36,880 nt of DNA from contig JAGVWA010000020.1 of assembly GCA_018304505.1 (NCBI GenBank), forward strand, positions 1-36,880, given 5' to 3'. Below the pieces are notes generated by a model. That model was not told the origin of the DNA. It did no database searches and saw only the letters and a program-made list of their open reading frames with translations. The translations under genes were made by a program, and so were the position numbers. This document shows, piece by piece, positions 25,148-34,881 of the stretch. Each line of letters opens with the position of its first letter. The stretch's first letter is position 1. The DNA is from Nanobdellati archaeon. Its GTDB lineage: Archaea > B1Sed10-29 > JAGVWA01.

Positions 25148-25657
25148 ATGAGGACATTCATCATACAAATGAACCACGACCTCGAGAAATTCGAGCTGAA
25201 TAATCTGACACAGAACAGGATCGACTTGCTGGCACGCGCTGTCAATGCTGCACTGTGGCTTGACAAAACGATACGCCGCGACGTCATCGTGTACTTTGTG
25301 TTCAACAACAAGACAGTGAAGGTTGACCCCGTCGGGCTGAAAAGGATGGGCCCTGACGAGAGGAACATTTCCTCGTTCATTAAGCACACCCTTGACGGCC
25401 GATCATTTCCGGGCCTGGAAATTAACGGACAGAAAATCAGCGACCTTATTAAAGGCAAAAAAGCATATGTCCTTGACGTGTCGGGAAATGACATACGTGA
25501 AGCAGGGTTAGATGACAACGCGTGCTATGTCCTCGGCGATGATGCTGGGTTGACAGTGAAGGTCAAGGGCGACAAAATCAGCCTCGGGCCAAAGGTGATA
25601 CTGACAAGCCACGCAATCGCCATAATAAACAATGAATTAGACAGGCGAGAACCATGA
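25148..25657 (+). CDS. trmY: tRNA (pseudouridine(54)-N1)-methyltransferase
   Basis: RIDLLARAVNAALWL..IRRDV, PDERN, YVLGDDAG, ISLGPKV..SHAIAIINNELD; coupled to pus10. Confidence 0.88.
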   Translation: MRTFIIQMNHDLEKFELNNLTQNRIDLLARAVNAALWLDKTIRRDVIVYFVFNNKTVKVDPVGLKRMGPDERNISSFIKHTLDGRSFPGLEINGQKISDLIKGKKAYVLDVSGNDIREAGLDDNACYVLGDDAGLTVKVKGDKISLGPKVILTSHAIAIINNELDRREP

Positions 25658-26922
25658 ATGTGCTAGAAAAACGAGACAAGATAATTGAACTGTACGGCGA
25701 CTCGATTTGTGACATTTGCCTAGGCCGGCAATTCACGCAACTGTACATGGGCAAGGAAAACGGCAGGATAGGCTCTGTGTTGAGGCAGGTAAAAACGGAA
25801 GACCAGATAGAGGCACTGCTGGCAGAAGATCACGACCTGCAAACCGGCGACTACTGTAAACTCTGCAATGGAATATTCGCACACATGAATGACGTGGATT
25901 CGTTGTACGGCAAGCTGCTAAAGAAAGCCAAGGCATATGAATACAATAATTTTCTCATTGGAACAGTGATTCCGCAGGAACTGCAGGACGAGGAAGAAAA
26001 GCTCTGGGAAAAAGCAGGTATTGAGGAAACGGAGCCGCTAAAGAAGGAACTCAACCGCGTCATCGGCAAGAAGTTCGCGCAGGAAACCGGAAAGATTGCA
26101 GAGTTCGAGGCCCCAGACATTAACTTCATTGTCGATTTTCGAAGCAACGGCGTAGATGTTTCAGTCAATTCATTATTCATAAAAGGACGGTACACAAAAC
26201 ATGTTAGGGGCATTCCCCAGACAAAGTGGCCATGCCGCACTTGTAACGGCTCTGGGTGCAAGAAATGCGATTTCACTGGAAAACAGTATCAGGAGAGCGT
26301 TGAGGAACTCGTTGCCAAGGTTCCGTTGCTGAAATTCGAGGCAATGGGCGAGAGCTACCATGGGCAAGGACGTGAAGACATCGACGCGCTGATGCTTGGA
26401 GAAGGCAGGCCATTCATTTTAGAACTCAAAAAACCCAGGTTGCGTTTTACAGATCTGAAAAAACTTGAAGAAGAGATCAACGCGTCGACAGACAAGGTGC
26501 AAGTGAAAAACCTTGAATACAGCACCAAGAAAGAAGTCCGGGAGCTAAAAGCAGAGCCATCAGACAAGACATATCAGGTGATTATCAAGGTCGAAGGCAA
26601 AATAACAAACGATGAGCTTGAAAAACTCACCGCAGAGTTTGAAAACAAAAAACTCGATCAGCGGACCCCGGTGAGGGTGGCTCACAGGCGCGCAGACAAG
26701 GTCAGGCAGCGCAAGATTTATTATGTAAAGCCAGAGTTGATTGACGAGAGCACATTTAAGGCAGAGATAAAAACAGAAGCAGGAACCTATGTGAAAGAAT
26801 TGATTTCAGGCGACGAGGGCAGGACAAAGCCTTCATTCAGTGCATTTCTTGGCAAGCAGTGCAAGTGCGAAGAATTAAATGTGGCAGAAGTGCATGACGA
26901 TAAGAAGAACGAGAAAGAGTGA
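25654..26922 (+). CDS. pus10: tRNA pseudouridine(54/55) synthase Pus10
   Basis: ICDICLGR, GRYTKHVRGIPQTKW, GREDIDALMLG, QRTPVRVAHRRA, GTYVKEL. Confidence 0.95.
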   Translation: MNVLEKRDKIIELYGDSICDICLGRQFTQLYMGKENGRIGSVLRQVKTEDQIEALLAEDHDLQTGDYCKLCNGIFAHMNDVDSLYGKLLKKAKAYEYNNFLIGTVIPQELQDEEEKLWEKAGIEETEPLKKELNRVIGKKFAQETGKIAEFEAPDINFIVDFRSNGVDVSVNSLFIKGRYTKHVRGIPQTKWPCRTCNGSGCKKCDFTGKQYQESVEELVAKVPLLKFEAMGESYHGQGREDIDALMLGEGRPFILELKKPRLRFTDLKKLEEEINASTDKVQVKNLEYSTKKEVRELKAEPSDKTYQVIIKVEGKITNDELEKLTAEFENKKLDQRTPVRVAHRRADKVRQRKIYYVKPELIDESTFKAEIKTEAGTYVKELISGDEGRTKPSFSAFLGKQCKCEELNVAEVHDDKKNEKE

Positions 26923-26933
26923 CAAGTGAATAA

Positions 26934-27812
26934 ATGATTGAATACCTTGCAATAGCAATCGCCGTCCTGGGTACCGCATACTTTGCCAAAACCGACTACC
27001 TGACAGGCTATTTACCTGACGGGCCGATGCATGCAATGATCTTGTCAGGTATTGCCTTTGTGCCGTTTGTTTACTCGGGGATTGTTTTGGAAGTATATGC
27101 CCTGGCCGCGGTTGTTTTCGCAATCGGCTTTGGATTTTACACCCTCGGAAACCTCGGCGGCGGGGACGTCAAGCTGTTTACTGCCCTGGCGTTGCTGTTG
27201 CCGTTCCACCAAAGCTTTGGCAATTCGATTTCTGGTTTATTCGGCGTACAGGCGCAGACATTGAGTTACCCGTTCGTTATTTCAATCTTTGTCTTGTCAG
27301 GCTTGCTGTTCATGGCAGTGATGCCACTGATGTTTTTCAGAAAAATCATGGGCAAGAGAAAAAAGGTAGAGAAATTTGAACTGAAGACACAGCGTGGGGT
27401 GCTGCTTGCAGCCCTTGTTGTCCCATTGGCCATGTTGTGGTACCAGTACATTTCGTTTGCGGTTGTTGTTTTCTTTCCCCTCGTGTTTGCAATGTTCATT
27501 ATGCCATTCAAATCAGATTTTGTGAAGCACATCTTTGCCGAGAAGAAGTTAGTTAGTAAGCTTGATGATGACGATGTGTTGGCCCTTGAGGTGATCCCAC
27601 AGCACGTCAAGAATAAGTTGGGGCTGCGCTGGAGAAAGACCTTCACAACCGGAGAAATAAAATCGTTAGTCAGGAAGGCAGGCAAGCACGGCATCAAAAC
27701 GATTATGGTCTGCGAGAACATGCCAAAGTTCGTCCCGTATATTTTCACCGCGCTTCTCCTGAATCTTGTTTTCGGCGACCTTATTGTTTACGTGCTTTTT
27801 AGTGCGCTGTAG
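26934..27812 (+). CDS. Prepilin peptidase, A24 family (FlaK/PibD/EppA-like)
   Basis: Catalytic Asp motifs KTDYLTG and LGGGDVKL; C-terminal PKFVPYIF; many TM helices. Confidence 0.9.
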   Translation: MIEYLAIAIAVLGTAYFAKTDYLTGYLPDGPMHAMILSGIAFVPFVYSGIVLEVYALAAVVFAIGFGFYTLGNLGGGDVKLFTALALLLPFHQSFGNSISGLFGVQAQTLSYPFVISIFVLSGLLFMAVMPLMFFRKIMGKRKKVEKFELKTQRGVLLAALVVPLAMLWYQYISFAVVVFFPLVFAMFIMPFKSDFVKHIFAEKKLVSKLDDDDVLALEVIPQHVKNKLGLRWRKTFTTGEIKSLVRKAGKHGIKTIMVCENMPKFVPYIFTALLLNLVFGDLIVYVLFSAL

Positions 27813-27861
27813 AAACAGCAGTGCATAATCGTCCGGTCTGCATGCTAATCAGGCGTGCATG

Positions 27862-28266
27862 CTAGTCATTTAGAACGTCTTTCCAGGCAGACCTCACTTC
27901 ATTAATCTGCCGGTCGAAAATCTGTGACCTTGTTGCATTTGTTTCCCTGCAGTCGTCTGCTTCCTCTTTCCATGTTTTGAGGACAAACTCAAGCCCCTCT
28001 TTCACGTCCTTGCCGCTTAATCGGGTAAGCATCTTGATTGTGGTTGAGTGACCGTTTTCGTCAGGCTCGTCAGTTATGCGATCAGTAATGTATATCCTGC
28101 CTTTTTCTGTGTCACCGTGGAAACCAACCGGGTCTGGCAGTGGAGCCCGTGCGCCTTTTTCTTCAAGCTCGCTTACTAGCTTTAAGTAAGCCTCTTCTGT
28201 TTTGCCATCGGGGCGCTGTATAAATCCCCGTACAACTCGCTGTTCTCCGTGTTTTATTGCCCACAT
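27862..28266 (-). CDS. Hypothetical protein
   Basis: 134-aa ORF with GGTGA RBS and normal composition; no recognised motif. Confidence 0.6.
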   Translation of the reverse strand: MWAIKHGEQRVVRGFIQRPDGKTEEAYLKLVSELEEKGARAPLPDPVGFHGDTEKGRIYITDRITDEPDENGHSTTIKMLTRLSGKDVKEGLEFVLKTWKEEADDCRETNATRSQIFDRQINEVRSAWKDVLND

Positions 28267-28350
28267 GTTGATTCACCATTCTTTTTGGCATTTGTTGCAA
28301 TAAAAAGCTTTCGGTTGGTCAGAATCCAAATGAAAACAAGCTAAAACGAA

Positions 28351-28370
28351 ACGTTTAAATATTTTAACGT
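28351..28370. promoter_or_regulatory. Near-palindromic operator overlapping the TATA box of the vapBC-like operon
   Basis: ACGTTTAAATATTTTAACGT. Confidence 0.45.
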
Positions 28371-28404
28371 ATATATGTTTTTTAACAAAAAGAGGTGTTT
28401 AACT

Positions 28405-28641
28405 ATGGTGTCAATAACAGTGTCGGTACCTGTTCATACAAAGGAACTTATGAATAAATTTTCTGAAATCAATTGGTCCGGCTTTGTCAGAAAATGCATT
28501 GAGCAAAAGGCCGACCAATTATCTTGGAAAGATGACATGCTTAAGAGGCTTAAGAAAGAGGAAGAATTTAGTGAATGGGCCGTTGAAACCCTGAAAATAT
28601 CCAGAAAGGGCCGGTTGCTGAAAAAGAAAGGTCTGATATGA
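28405..28641 (+). CDS. RHH-type antitoxin (VapB-like)
   Basis: MVSITVSVP...INWSGFVRKCI; GAGGTG RBS; coupled to the PIN gene. Confidence 0.8.
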   Translation: MVSITVSVPVHTKELMNKFSEINWSGFVRKCIEQKADQLSWKDDMLKRLKKEEEFSEWAVETLKISRKGRLLKKKGLI

Positions 28642-29087
28642 TGCGGTTTGTTGTAGACTCAAATGTCTTATTCACCTTCTTCTGGAAAGGCTCGGTGTTT
28701 AAGAAGATTTGTACAGAACAAGACTGTATGTTGTTCACCCCTGAATTTGCCTTAGAGGGGATCAACAAACACCATGTGCAATTATTGAAAAAAACGGGCA
28801 TTTCAAGGAGTGAATTTAAGGAGTTGCTAAAAGAGCTTGCAGCAAGAGTTGAATTCATGCCCCTGGCGAACTATGGGCCTGCTATTAAGAAGGTCAAGAA
28901 ATTGTCAGGGTACTTTAGAAGTGAAGACCGATCAGAATTCCTTGAAGATTTAGATTTCTTTGCTTTAGCTTTGCACTTGGGGCTGCCCATCTGGTCTAAC
29001 GATAAGTTGTTAAAAAAGCAGCCAGAGGTTATCGCGCTTTCCACAAAAGAAATTATAGAACTGGTTGATGCTCAGCCTATTGAATGA
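28638..29087 (+). CDS. PIN-domain toxin (VapC-like)
   Basis: FVVDSNVLF, DLDFFALAL, IWSNDKLL. Confidence 0.88.
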   Translation: MMRFVVDSNVLFTFFWKGSVFKKICTEQDCMLFTPEFALEGINKHHVQLLKKTGISRSEFKELLKELAARVEFMPLANYGPAIKKVKKLSGYFRSEDRSEFLEDLDFFALALHLGLPIWSNDKLLKKQPEVIALSTKEIIELVDAQPIE

Positions 29088-30093
29088 GTTGCGCTTGGCT
29101 TGAGACAGAGACAACATTATCATCTGAAACCTTGAATTTCACAGGCAGGAATTGCTCTGTCACGAAAATGTTGGTCCTGGTGTGCTCTGTAATTGAGCTC
29201 GTTTTGAAGCTGCCGCCGCAGAGCGCAATGAAAGGAACTAAGTTATCAGCTAAGTTTTCGTCAACAGCAGCGCCACTTTTTATCTCCATGTTCATCCGCT
29301 CTGCAGCTTCCCTTCCAACATCCTCGGCGGGCTTGCCCCGATCACCGAGTGCATCGGTGCCCAAGAAGCCGTTGTTTAGCCACAGTGTGCAGCTGGTTCC
29401 CACACTCGTACCCCTGGCTGATTCCGTGATTTCAACGGTTCTGTATAGCGTTTTCAGTTCCTTCTCGATCGCCACGCGTTCGCGTTGGGCAATTTCCATG
29501 TTTAACCCCGTAACGACGCAGACCCCGGAAATTTGCGGGTTGTCGGGCTGCGTTAGAAAGTGCTTTTCAAGACAGTGCTTTTTCGGTTTTATCATTACGG
29601 AGACCTTGCCGCCACCTTCTGGGTAGTATCCGCGCTGAAGAATTTTTAGGTCTACTTCGTAGCCGAACTCATTCAAGGCCCGCAGTGTGACGTTTTTCAC
29701 GTAATCGATTGTTGGGCTCCAGCGCACTTCCGTCCCGCCCTTCAGCTCAAACTCAACTTCCTCAGTCACGTTGAAGCACCCAATTAGAGCCATTTGCAGT
29801 ATCAGGCTAACTGACCCTGCTGTGCCGACGTCTTCACGGAGCTTCTTGTGCGTGAATTCTCGCGGGGTAAAAGTGAGCTCGCGCGACCCCTTTTCATTTC
29901 CAATTACGTCAGCCTTTGTTAGGTCCTTCATTACCCTGATTGCGGTCACCAACTGATTCGTCAAGCCAGGCTTGTCGCGCTTGGCCCGTATGTTGGTAAT
30001 GCGCACTGGTTTCATTGTCAGGCATGACAGGCCGATTGATGTCCTGACGATCTGGCCCCCACCTTCACCATAGCCGCCATCGATTTCTATCAT
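29077..30093 (-). CDS. rtcA: RNA 3'-terminal phosphate cyclase
   Basis: IDGGYGEGGGQIVRTS, IRAKRDKPGL, GYYPEGGG, catalytic His in TEHTRTN; start moved to 30093. Confidence 0.95.
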   Translation of the reverse strand: MIEIDGGYGEGGGQIVRTSIGLSCLTMKPVRITNIRAKRDKPGLTNQLVTAIRVMKDLTKADVIGNEKGSRELTFTPREFTHKKLREDVGTAGSVSLILQMALIGCFNVTEEVEFELKGGTEVRWSPTIDYVKNVTLRALNEFGYEVDLKILQRGYYPEGGGKVSVMIKPKKHCLEKHFLTQPDNPQISGVCVVTGLNMEIAQRERVAIEKELKTLYRTVEITESARGTSVGTSCTLWLNNGFLGTDALGDRGKPAEDVGREAAERMNMEIKSGAAVDENLADNLVPFIALCGGSFKTSSITEHTRTNIFVTEQFLPVKFKVSDDNVVSVSSQAQLIQ

Positions 30094-30106
30094 GAAAGTC
30101 ACAGGG

Positions 30107-31351
30107 TCACAGTAGGTATAACGATATGGCGTACATTGCGATTGGGGCCAGTGTGCTGATGAGGAGGGGCTTCCAGGATTTCCGTATGATTGCTCCTCCA
30201 TTTGCAAAGTGCAGTACTACGACGTTGCCGATAACGCTTCCGAGGTGCGCGATGAGTATTGATTGTACGCCGGCATGCAGCCCGATTTGCCCGGTAGCCA
30301 GCAGGGTTGACACAGAAGCGATGCTTGCGGTACTGCTGGCGATTGCTGCAAAAAACGAAGCGAGCAGGAAGAAGTTTGGTCCCAGCTGCTGCGATAAGTC
30401 AAGAATTGGGAAAATCAGCAGGAGGCTAATGCCGAGTTTTACTGCCTCAGCAACGTGGAAAGGCGAATCGATTTTGAGTTTCTTTGAATCAGAGGCACCG
30501 ATGATGTTAAGTGAAAACGCAAAGAAGAAAGCAAGCGTAGTCAGCAACGGAATGATTAACACAGGAATTGAATAAATGTTCGGTAGCATCACGATGAGGA
30601 AGTTTCTCAGGTACATGGCCGCGTTAAGCAGCAGGAATGATGAAGTAAGCACCCCGATGAGCTTCCTGTTTTCGCTGTACGAGTTTGCAACAAGGAAGGA
30701 CGTGGCCTTTGAGTTTATGACGCCGCCGAGAAAACTCAGGACTTCTAGCTCATAGCGCAATTTCAAATACCTTGAAAGGACAAATGCCACGAAGTTTATT
30801 AATGAAATAATGACGATGAGCAGCCAGATGGTTTGCAGCGGAAACACAATGCCAGCTACATCGAACTTTCCGGGTATCAGCGGATAAACCACGCCGAGCA
30901 GTATCAGGAATTCCATAAGGTCGGCCACTTCCTTGTGCGTTAGTTTCGAGATGAGCGCATGGGCTTTCTCGCGCGAAAACAAGAGAATAGCGACGATGAT
31001 GCCGAGGAACACCGTTTCTACAAAAAGCCCGAAGCCACTCATGGCGCCGAAAATGTAGGCAAGCATCAGTGAAATGTTTGTTGTGAAGCCCACGTGCTTT
31101 CGCCGCGCGCCGGTTACATACATGGCGATAGCGAAAACAGCGACAGCGACGAAACCGATGTACACAAGGATGAAGTTCTTCAGGAGTTGCTCTGACACAA
31201 TTACGGTAACTGAGCCGAGCAATGATATGAGTGCAAAGGTCCGCAGGCCAGCGATTTCTTGGTGCTTGGTGTGCTCTCTCTCCAAGCCAAGAAGGGCACC
31301 GATCAGGATTGCCAAGCCCATTTTCTGTAGGAAGAGTTGTTCAAGCGCCAT
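30107..31351 (-). CDS. MgtC/SapB-family membrane protein with DUF4010-like C-terminal region
   Basis: LIGALLGLERE...AGLRTFALISLLG; many TM segments. Confidence 0.88.
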   Translation of the reverse strand: MALEQLFLQKMGLAILIGALLGLEREHTKHQEIAGLRTFALISLLGSVTVIVSEQLLKNFILVYIGFVAVAVFAIAMYVTGARRKHVGFTTNISLMLAYIFGAMSGFGLFVETVFLGIIVAILLFSREKAHALISKLTHKEVADLMEFLILLGVVYPLIPGKFDVAGIVFPLQTIWLLIVIISLINFVAFVLSRYLKLRYELEVLSFLGGVINSKATSFLVANSYSENRKLIGVLTSSFLLLNAAMYLRNFLIVMLPNIYSIPVLIIPLLTTLAFFFAFSLNIIGASDSKKLKIDSPFHVAEAVKLGISLLLIFPILDLSQQLGPNFFLLASFFAAIASSTASIASVSTLLATGQIGLHAGVQSILIAHLGSVIGNVVVLHFANGGAIIRKSWKPLLISTLAPIAMYAISLYLL

Positions 31352-31410
31352 TTCTCAAGCCACCGCTACACATTTAGGATTTTGATTTATAAAAAGCCGT
31401 GTGCAAAGGG

Positions 31411-32211
31411 CTACTCACGCCTGAATTCCTTTTGCCCGTTCTTTTTGATCTTCTCATCGCGCACGTTCATTAGGGCGTCGTTGATTTCCTTTATCTTTGC
31501 ATACGCGTCCTGGGCCTGTTCCACGGCAGTGCCAGTGACTATGATGTCTGCTCCGGCTAGCGCTTTCTGAGCTGCTGTTTTGCCATCGCGAATTCCGCCG
31601 CCGACAATGAGTGGTATGTCGCAGAGTTGTTTTGTCAGGGAGATCATTTCGTCCTCTATTGGATGTGAGGCTCCGCTGCCGCCCTCGAGGTAGAAGCATT
31701 TCATGCCCATGAACTGCGACGCCAGGCCAAAGGACGCGGCGATCTTGGGCTTATATCTTGGGATTTCGTTGACGTCGCCGTAGAAGCCGATGCTGGTTTT
31801 CACGTCTGATTCTACTACAACGTAGCCCATGCCTATTGGTTCCAGGCCGAATTTCTTCACTGCGACGCTGGCATATGCTTGCGCCATTGACAGGTAATAT
31901 CTGGACCTGCTGTTCATCAGGGTCATGAAAAATATGGCGTCTGCAAACTTGGTAATGTCTGAGATGTTGCCCGGAAAAATTATCGTAGGCAGTGAGGTGT
32001 TTTTTGTGATGGCCTCTGCGGTGGCGTCCATTACGGTTGTGTCTCCGCCAGAGCCGCCAATCATCAGGCCTGATGCGCCTGCTTTCTCAGCTGCGATTGC
32101 CACGTCACCTGCTCTCTCCGGGTGCTGTGAATCCGGGTCAACAAGAACCAGGTTGATCGTGCCGTCCTGCTTGATTTTGTCTAGCAAGTAGTTGTATACT
32201 TTGCCTTTCAT
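31411..32211 (-). CDS. Geranylgeranylglyceryl phosphate synthase (GGGPS)
   Basis: LVDPD, MIGGS, IIFPG, FYLEGGSGA, IVGGGIR, IIVTGT. Confidence 0.93.
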   Translation of the reverse strand: MKGKVYNYLLDKIKQDGTINLVLVDPDSQHPERAGDVAIAAEKAGASGLMIGGSGGDTTVMDATAEAITKNTSLPTIIFPGNISDITKFADAIFFMTLMNSRSRYYLSMAQAYASVAVKKFGLEPIGMGYVVVESDVKTSIGFYGDVNEIPRYKPKIAASFGLASQFMGMKCFYLEGGSGASHPIEDEMISLTKQLCDIPLIVGGGIRDGKTAAQKALAGADIIVTGTAVEQAQDAYAKIKEINDALMNVRDEKIKKNGQKEFRRE

Positions 32212-32313
32212 TTTTCTATTTCACCTTCTGCGAGGCTATTAGGCACTAACGTTAAATATAAAGGCACTGTTCGCATATCGACGTATTTGTGCTGTTGGGG
32301 CGGGCTGGCTAAT

Positions 32314-32571
32314 TTAAGCAGCCACGAGGGCTTCGAGCTCGGCCCGTATTAAAACATAGTCCTTAGGGCTTAGTCTCCAGCCCGACTTGACGAGGGCTTC
32401 GAGTGCAGTTAGCAACTGCTTTTTGGTCATCTGTTTTTTCTTGAATTGTTTTACAAATAGATAGAGGCTTCCACGTGTATCGATTTTGAGAATTCTGGCA
32501 ATCTCTCTAGCAATGGCCTCATCAATGATGGCAACCGTTTTGTGCTCTTTGGCGAGGCAGAGTACTTCGCG
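32314..32571 (-). pseudogene. 5'-truncated DUF3368-type PIN protein remnant
   Basis: Own translation REVLCLAKEHKTVAIIDEAIAREIARILKIDTRGSLYLF...LEALVKSGWRLSPKDY...*; in-frame TGA immediately upstream and no N-terminal half. Confidence 0.75.
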
Positions 32572-32633
32572 TCACCGTTTACAATTTATGTAATTGCAAA
32601 CATATAACTCTTTCGGTTGTTTGGTGGTTTGTT

Positions 32634-33278
32634 TTAAAGGATCTTGGCCAACTCAAGGCCCTCAGTGATGGACTTTTTGTCACCGACTTGGCCGTGACCG
32701 GGCAGCACTGTGGCTATCGATTTTCTTTTCAATCTGGCCAGCGATTCAATCAGCTCCCATTTGTTTCCAGACGGCAAGTCAAATCGGCCTATTGAATCCC
32801 TGAAAACCGTGTCGCCTGAAACGAGGGTCTTGTGGGTTTTCTCGTACAGGCACACTGATCCGGAGGTGTGGCCAGGCGTGTGTATTACGTCAAGGTTATG
32901 TCGGTTGATCTTGAATTTCCGAGGCAGTTCCTCAACGTGCATCTTTGGCAGCTTCTGGTCAATGAAGTGGCTGCAGGTAATGTAGGGGTCGCCGTTACTG
33001 ATCGCGGTTTTGTCGTCTCCATGGGCGTAGAATTCGGCATTCGGAAATAGGTGGTTGCCGCCGCAGTGGTCGAAGTGGCAGTGCGTATTAATAACAAAAT
33101 CCACATCATCTAGGCGCAGCTTGAGTTTTTTCAACTCCTTGGCAATGTACTCATTTGATTGAAGACCCGGGTCAATGACGAGGTTCTCTCGACCGGTAAC
33201 TATGTACGTGTTGGAGTCCATGCCGTAGCTTTGTATCATGTGGAATATGCCGAACTTCTCCATGGTTTCATTATACAC
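32634..33278 (-). CDS. MBL-fold metallo-hydrolase (glyoxalase II-like)
   Basis: THCHFDHCGG, HTPGHT, SGDTVF, PGHG; start uncertain (33278/33263/33239). Confidence 0.9.
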   Translation of the reverse strand: MYNETMEKFGIFHMIQSYGMDSNTYIVTGRENLVIDPGLQSNEYIAKELKKLKLRLDDVDFVINTHCHFDHCGGNHLFPNAEFYAHGDDKTAISNGDPYITCSHFIDQKLPKMHVEELPRKFKINRHNLDVIHTPGHTSGSVCLYEKTHKTLVSGDTVFRDSIGRFDLPSGNKWELIESLARLKRKSIATVLPGHGQVGDKKSITEGLELAKIL

Positions 33279-33405
33279 TGGTGTTTTAATAGATTGCGGT
33301 ATTCAGGTTGTATGAATGCATTATTCATATTGCATAAATGGGTTGTAAATAAACCCGCTAGGGTTAGTTTTATATTCCCGTTTTGATTACCCATTACCGA
33401 GGAAC

Positions 33406-34344
33406 ATGGGCACAACCGACATTCTGAGTAACTATTCATTGATCGTGGAGCGCATTGTCAACAGGTCAGACCTGACAGAGGACACCGTGAAGCAACGCAT
33501 CGGCGCGAAGATACAGGAGTATGGCGGCCTGCTGACAGAAGCTGGCGCGGCCTACTCATTGGCGAAGGAACTCAACGTTAGCCTTGCGGACGACGATTAC
33601 AAGGCTCAGGCGCTTGTACAAGAAGCGCGGTTCTCGAAGGTCAACGAGCTGCAGGAAGGCATGTATGGCATTAGCGTTATTGCGCGCATCGACACCAAAT
33701 ATGAAACCCGCCATTTTAACAGCAACGGCCGGGCGGGGAACGTGACAAACTTGTTCGTGGCTGACGAAAGCGGGAAGGCTAAGGTGGTGATGTGGAACAA
33801 GGAAGAGCAGGCTCAGGAACTACACGAAGGTGAGGGTATCGAGATCAAAAACGGATACACCAAGAAAAACATGAACGGCTTCCTCGAAGTGCACTGCAAT
33901 GAAAAGACAGAAGTAAAGAATACAGCGCTGCCTGCCGAATTAGAGGTGGGTGTTGATAAAATCAGCAGCCTGAAGCACGACGACAAGAATCGCACCATAG
34001 AAGCCACGGTGACCGAGATTTACAACCCGACCCTGATAGATGTTTGCAGCCAGTGCAGGGGCATAAACAACAAGTGCGGGCACAACGCGCCGCAGAGCAA
34101 GAGTTTTGTCTTGAACTGCAGCCTCAATGACGGCACAGGCACAATCCGCGGTGTTCTGTTTCGGAACAAGGCGGAGCAGTTCCTTAATCTCGAGGCCATC
34201 AAGTATCTTGAAAACAACGGTCTGCTTGAGGAATCAAAGCGCAGCGTCATTGGAGAAAATTTTCAGTTTACGGGCAATGTAAAGGAAGACTTGGACTGGA
34301 ACCGCAAGGACTTCATAGTCAACAGTTTTAACAGAATGGTTTAA
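33406..34344 (+). CDS. RPA/SSB-like OB-fold protein with N-terminal helical domain and Zn finger
   Basis: GGLLTEAGAAYSLAKEL, ADESGKAKVVMW, CSQC...CGH, LNDGTGTIRGVLF. Confidence 0.85.
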   Translation: MGTTDILSNYSLIVERIVNRSDLTEDTVKQRIGAKIQEYGGLLTEAGAAYSLAKELNVSLADDDYKAQALVQEARFSKVNELQEGMYGISVIARIDTKYETRHFNSNGRAGNVTNLFVADESGKAKVVMWNKEEQAQELHEGEGIEIKNGYTKKNMNGFLEVHCNEKTEVKNTALPAELEVGVDKISSLKHDDKNRTIEATVTEIYNPTLIDVCSQCRGINNKCGHNAPQSKSFVLNCSLNDGTGTIRGVLFRNKAEQFLNLEAIKYLENNGLLEESKRSVIGENFQFTGNVKEDLDWNRKDFIVNSFNRMV

Positions 34345-34420
34345 TACTTTGGTTATGTAATTTTCTTTATGCAGACTGATTCAACACAGGTAGCGCAGGC
34401 GAGGCTGTGCAGGGCTCAGC

Positions 34421-34470
34421 TATCGGTATTCTAAATACCGAAAAACTTAAAATATCGGTATTCTAAATAC
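34421..34470. promoter_or_regulatory. Twin palindromic operator-like sites flanking a TATA-like box
   Basis: TATCGGTATTCTAAATAC at 34421-34438 and 34453-34470; first copy forms the perfect TCGGTATT-CTA-AATACCGA. Confidence 0.65.
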
Positions 34471-34881
34471 GGATATGGGCATAGGTATATTGCTTTGCTG
34501 AAGGAGTTTTTCGTCGATCCGCTTGCGAGGAAGGATTTCGAAAGGGATTCTCGGAGGAGCAACAATGCAATAGCTTTTGCTATTTGGATGTTGGAGTATG
34601 CGCGCGCAGGGGTTGAAAAGCAAAAGAAGAAAAAGTCCCCCGCTTCAGGGCGTGGGTAGTGCTAAATCAGGTCCTTGGTTTTCCACACCTTGATTTTGTT
34701 TTGTTTGTCAAAGTCTTTGTCTGCTGTCCAGAGGCCGTCGTTGTCAATTGAGAGTGCGAGGGCAGCTGCGGCAATGCACCATATCAAATCATATTTCAAA
34801 CCATTTTCAGCAAGCTTAGCTAGTAAAATGATGAAACTTTATATACTTTAAAAGGCAATATTATACAAGTGGGTGAAGGTT

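Noticed and set aside
28638-30093. Functional VapC-RtcA RNA damage/repair module
   Set aside because: The genes are convergent and the AT-rich TA pair looks independently inserted; adjacency alone is not evidence
30094-30207. N-terminal extension of rtcA
   Set aside because: Overlaps the MgtC-family gene; the RtcA family N-terminus begins at MIEIDG (30093)
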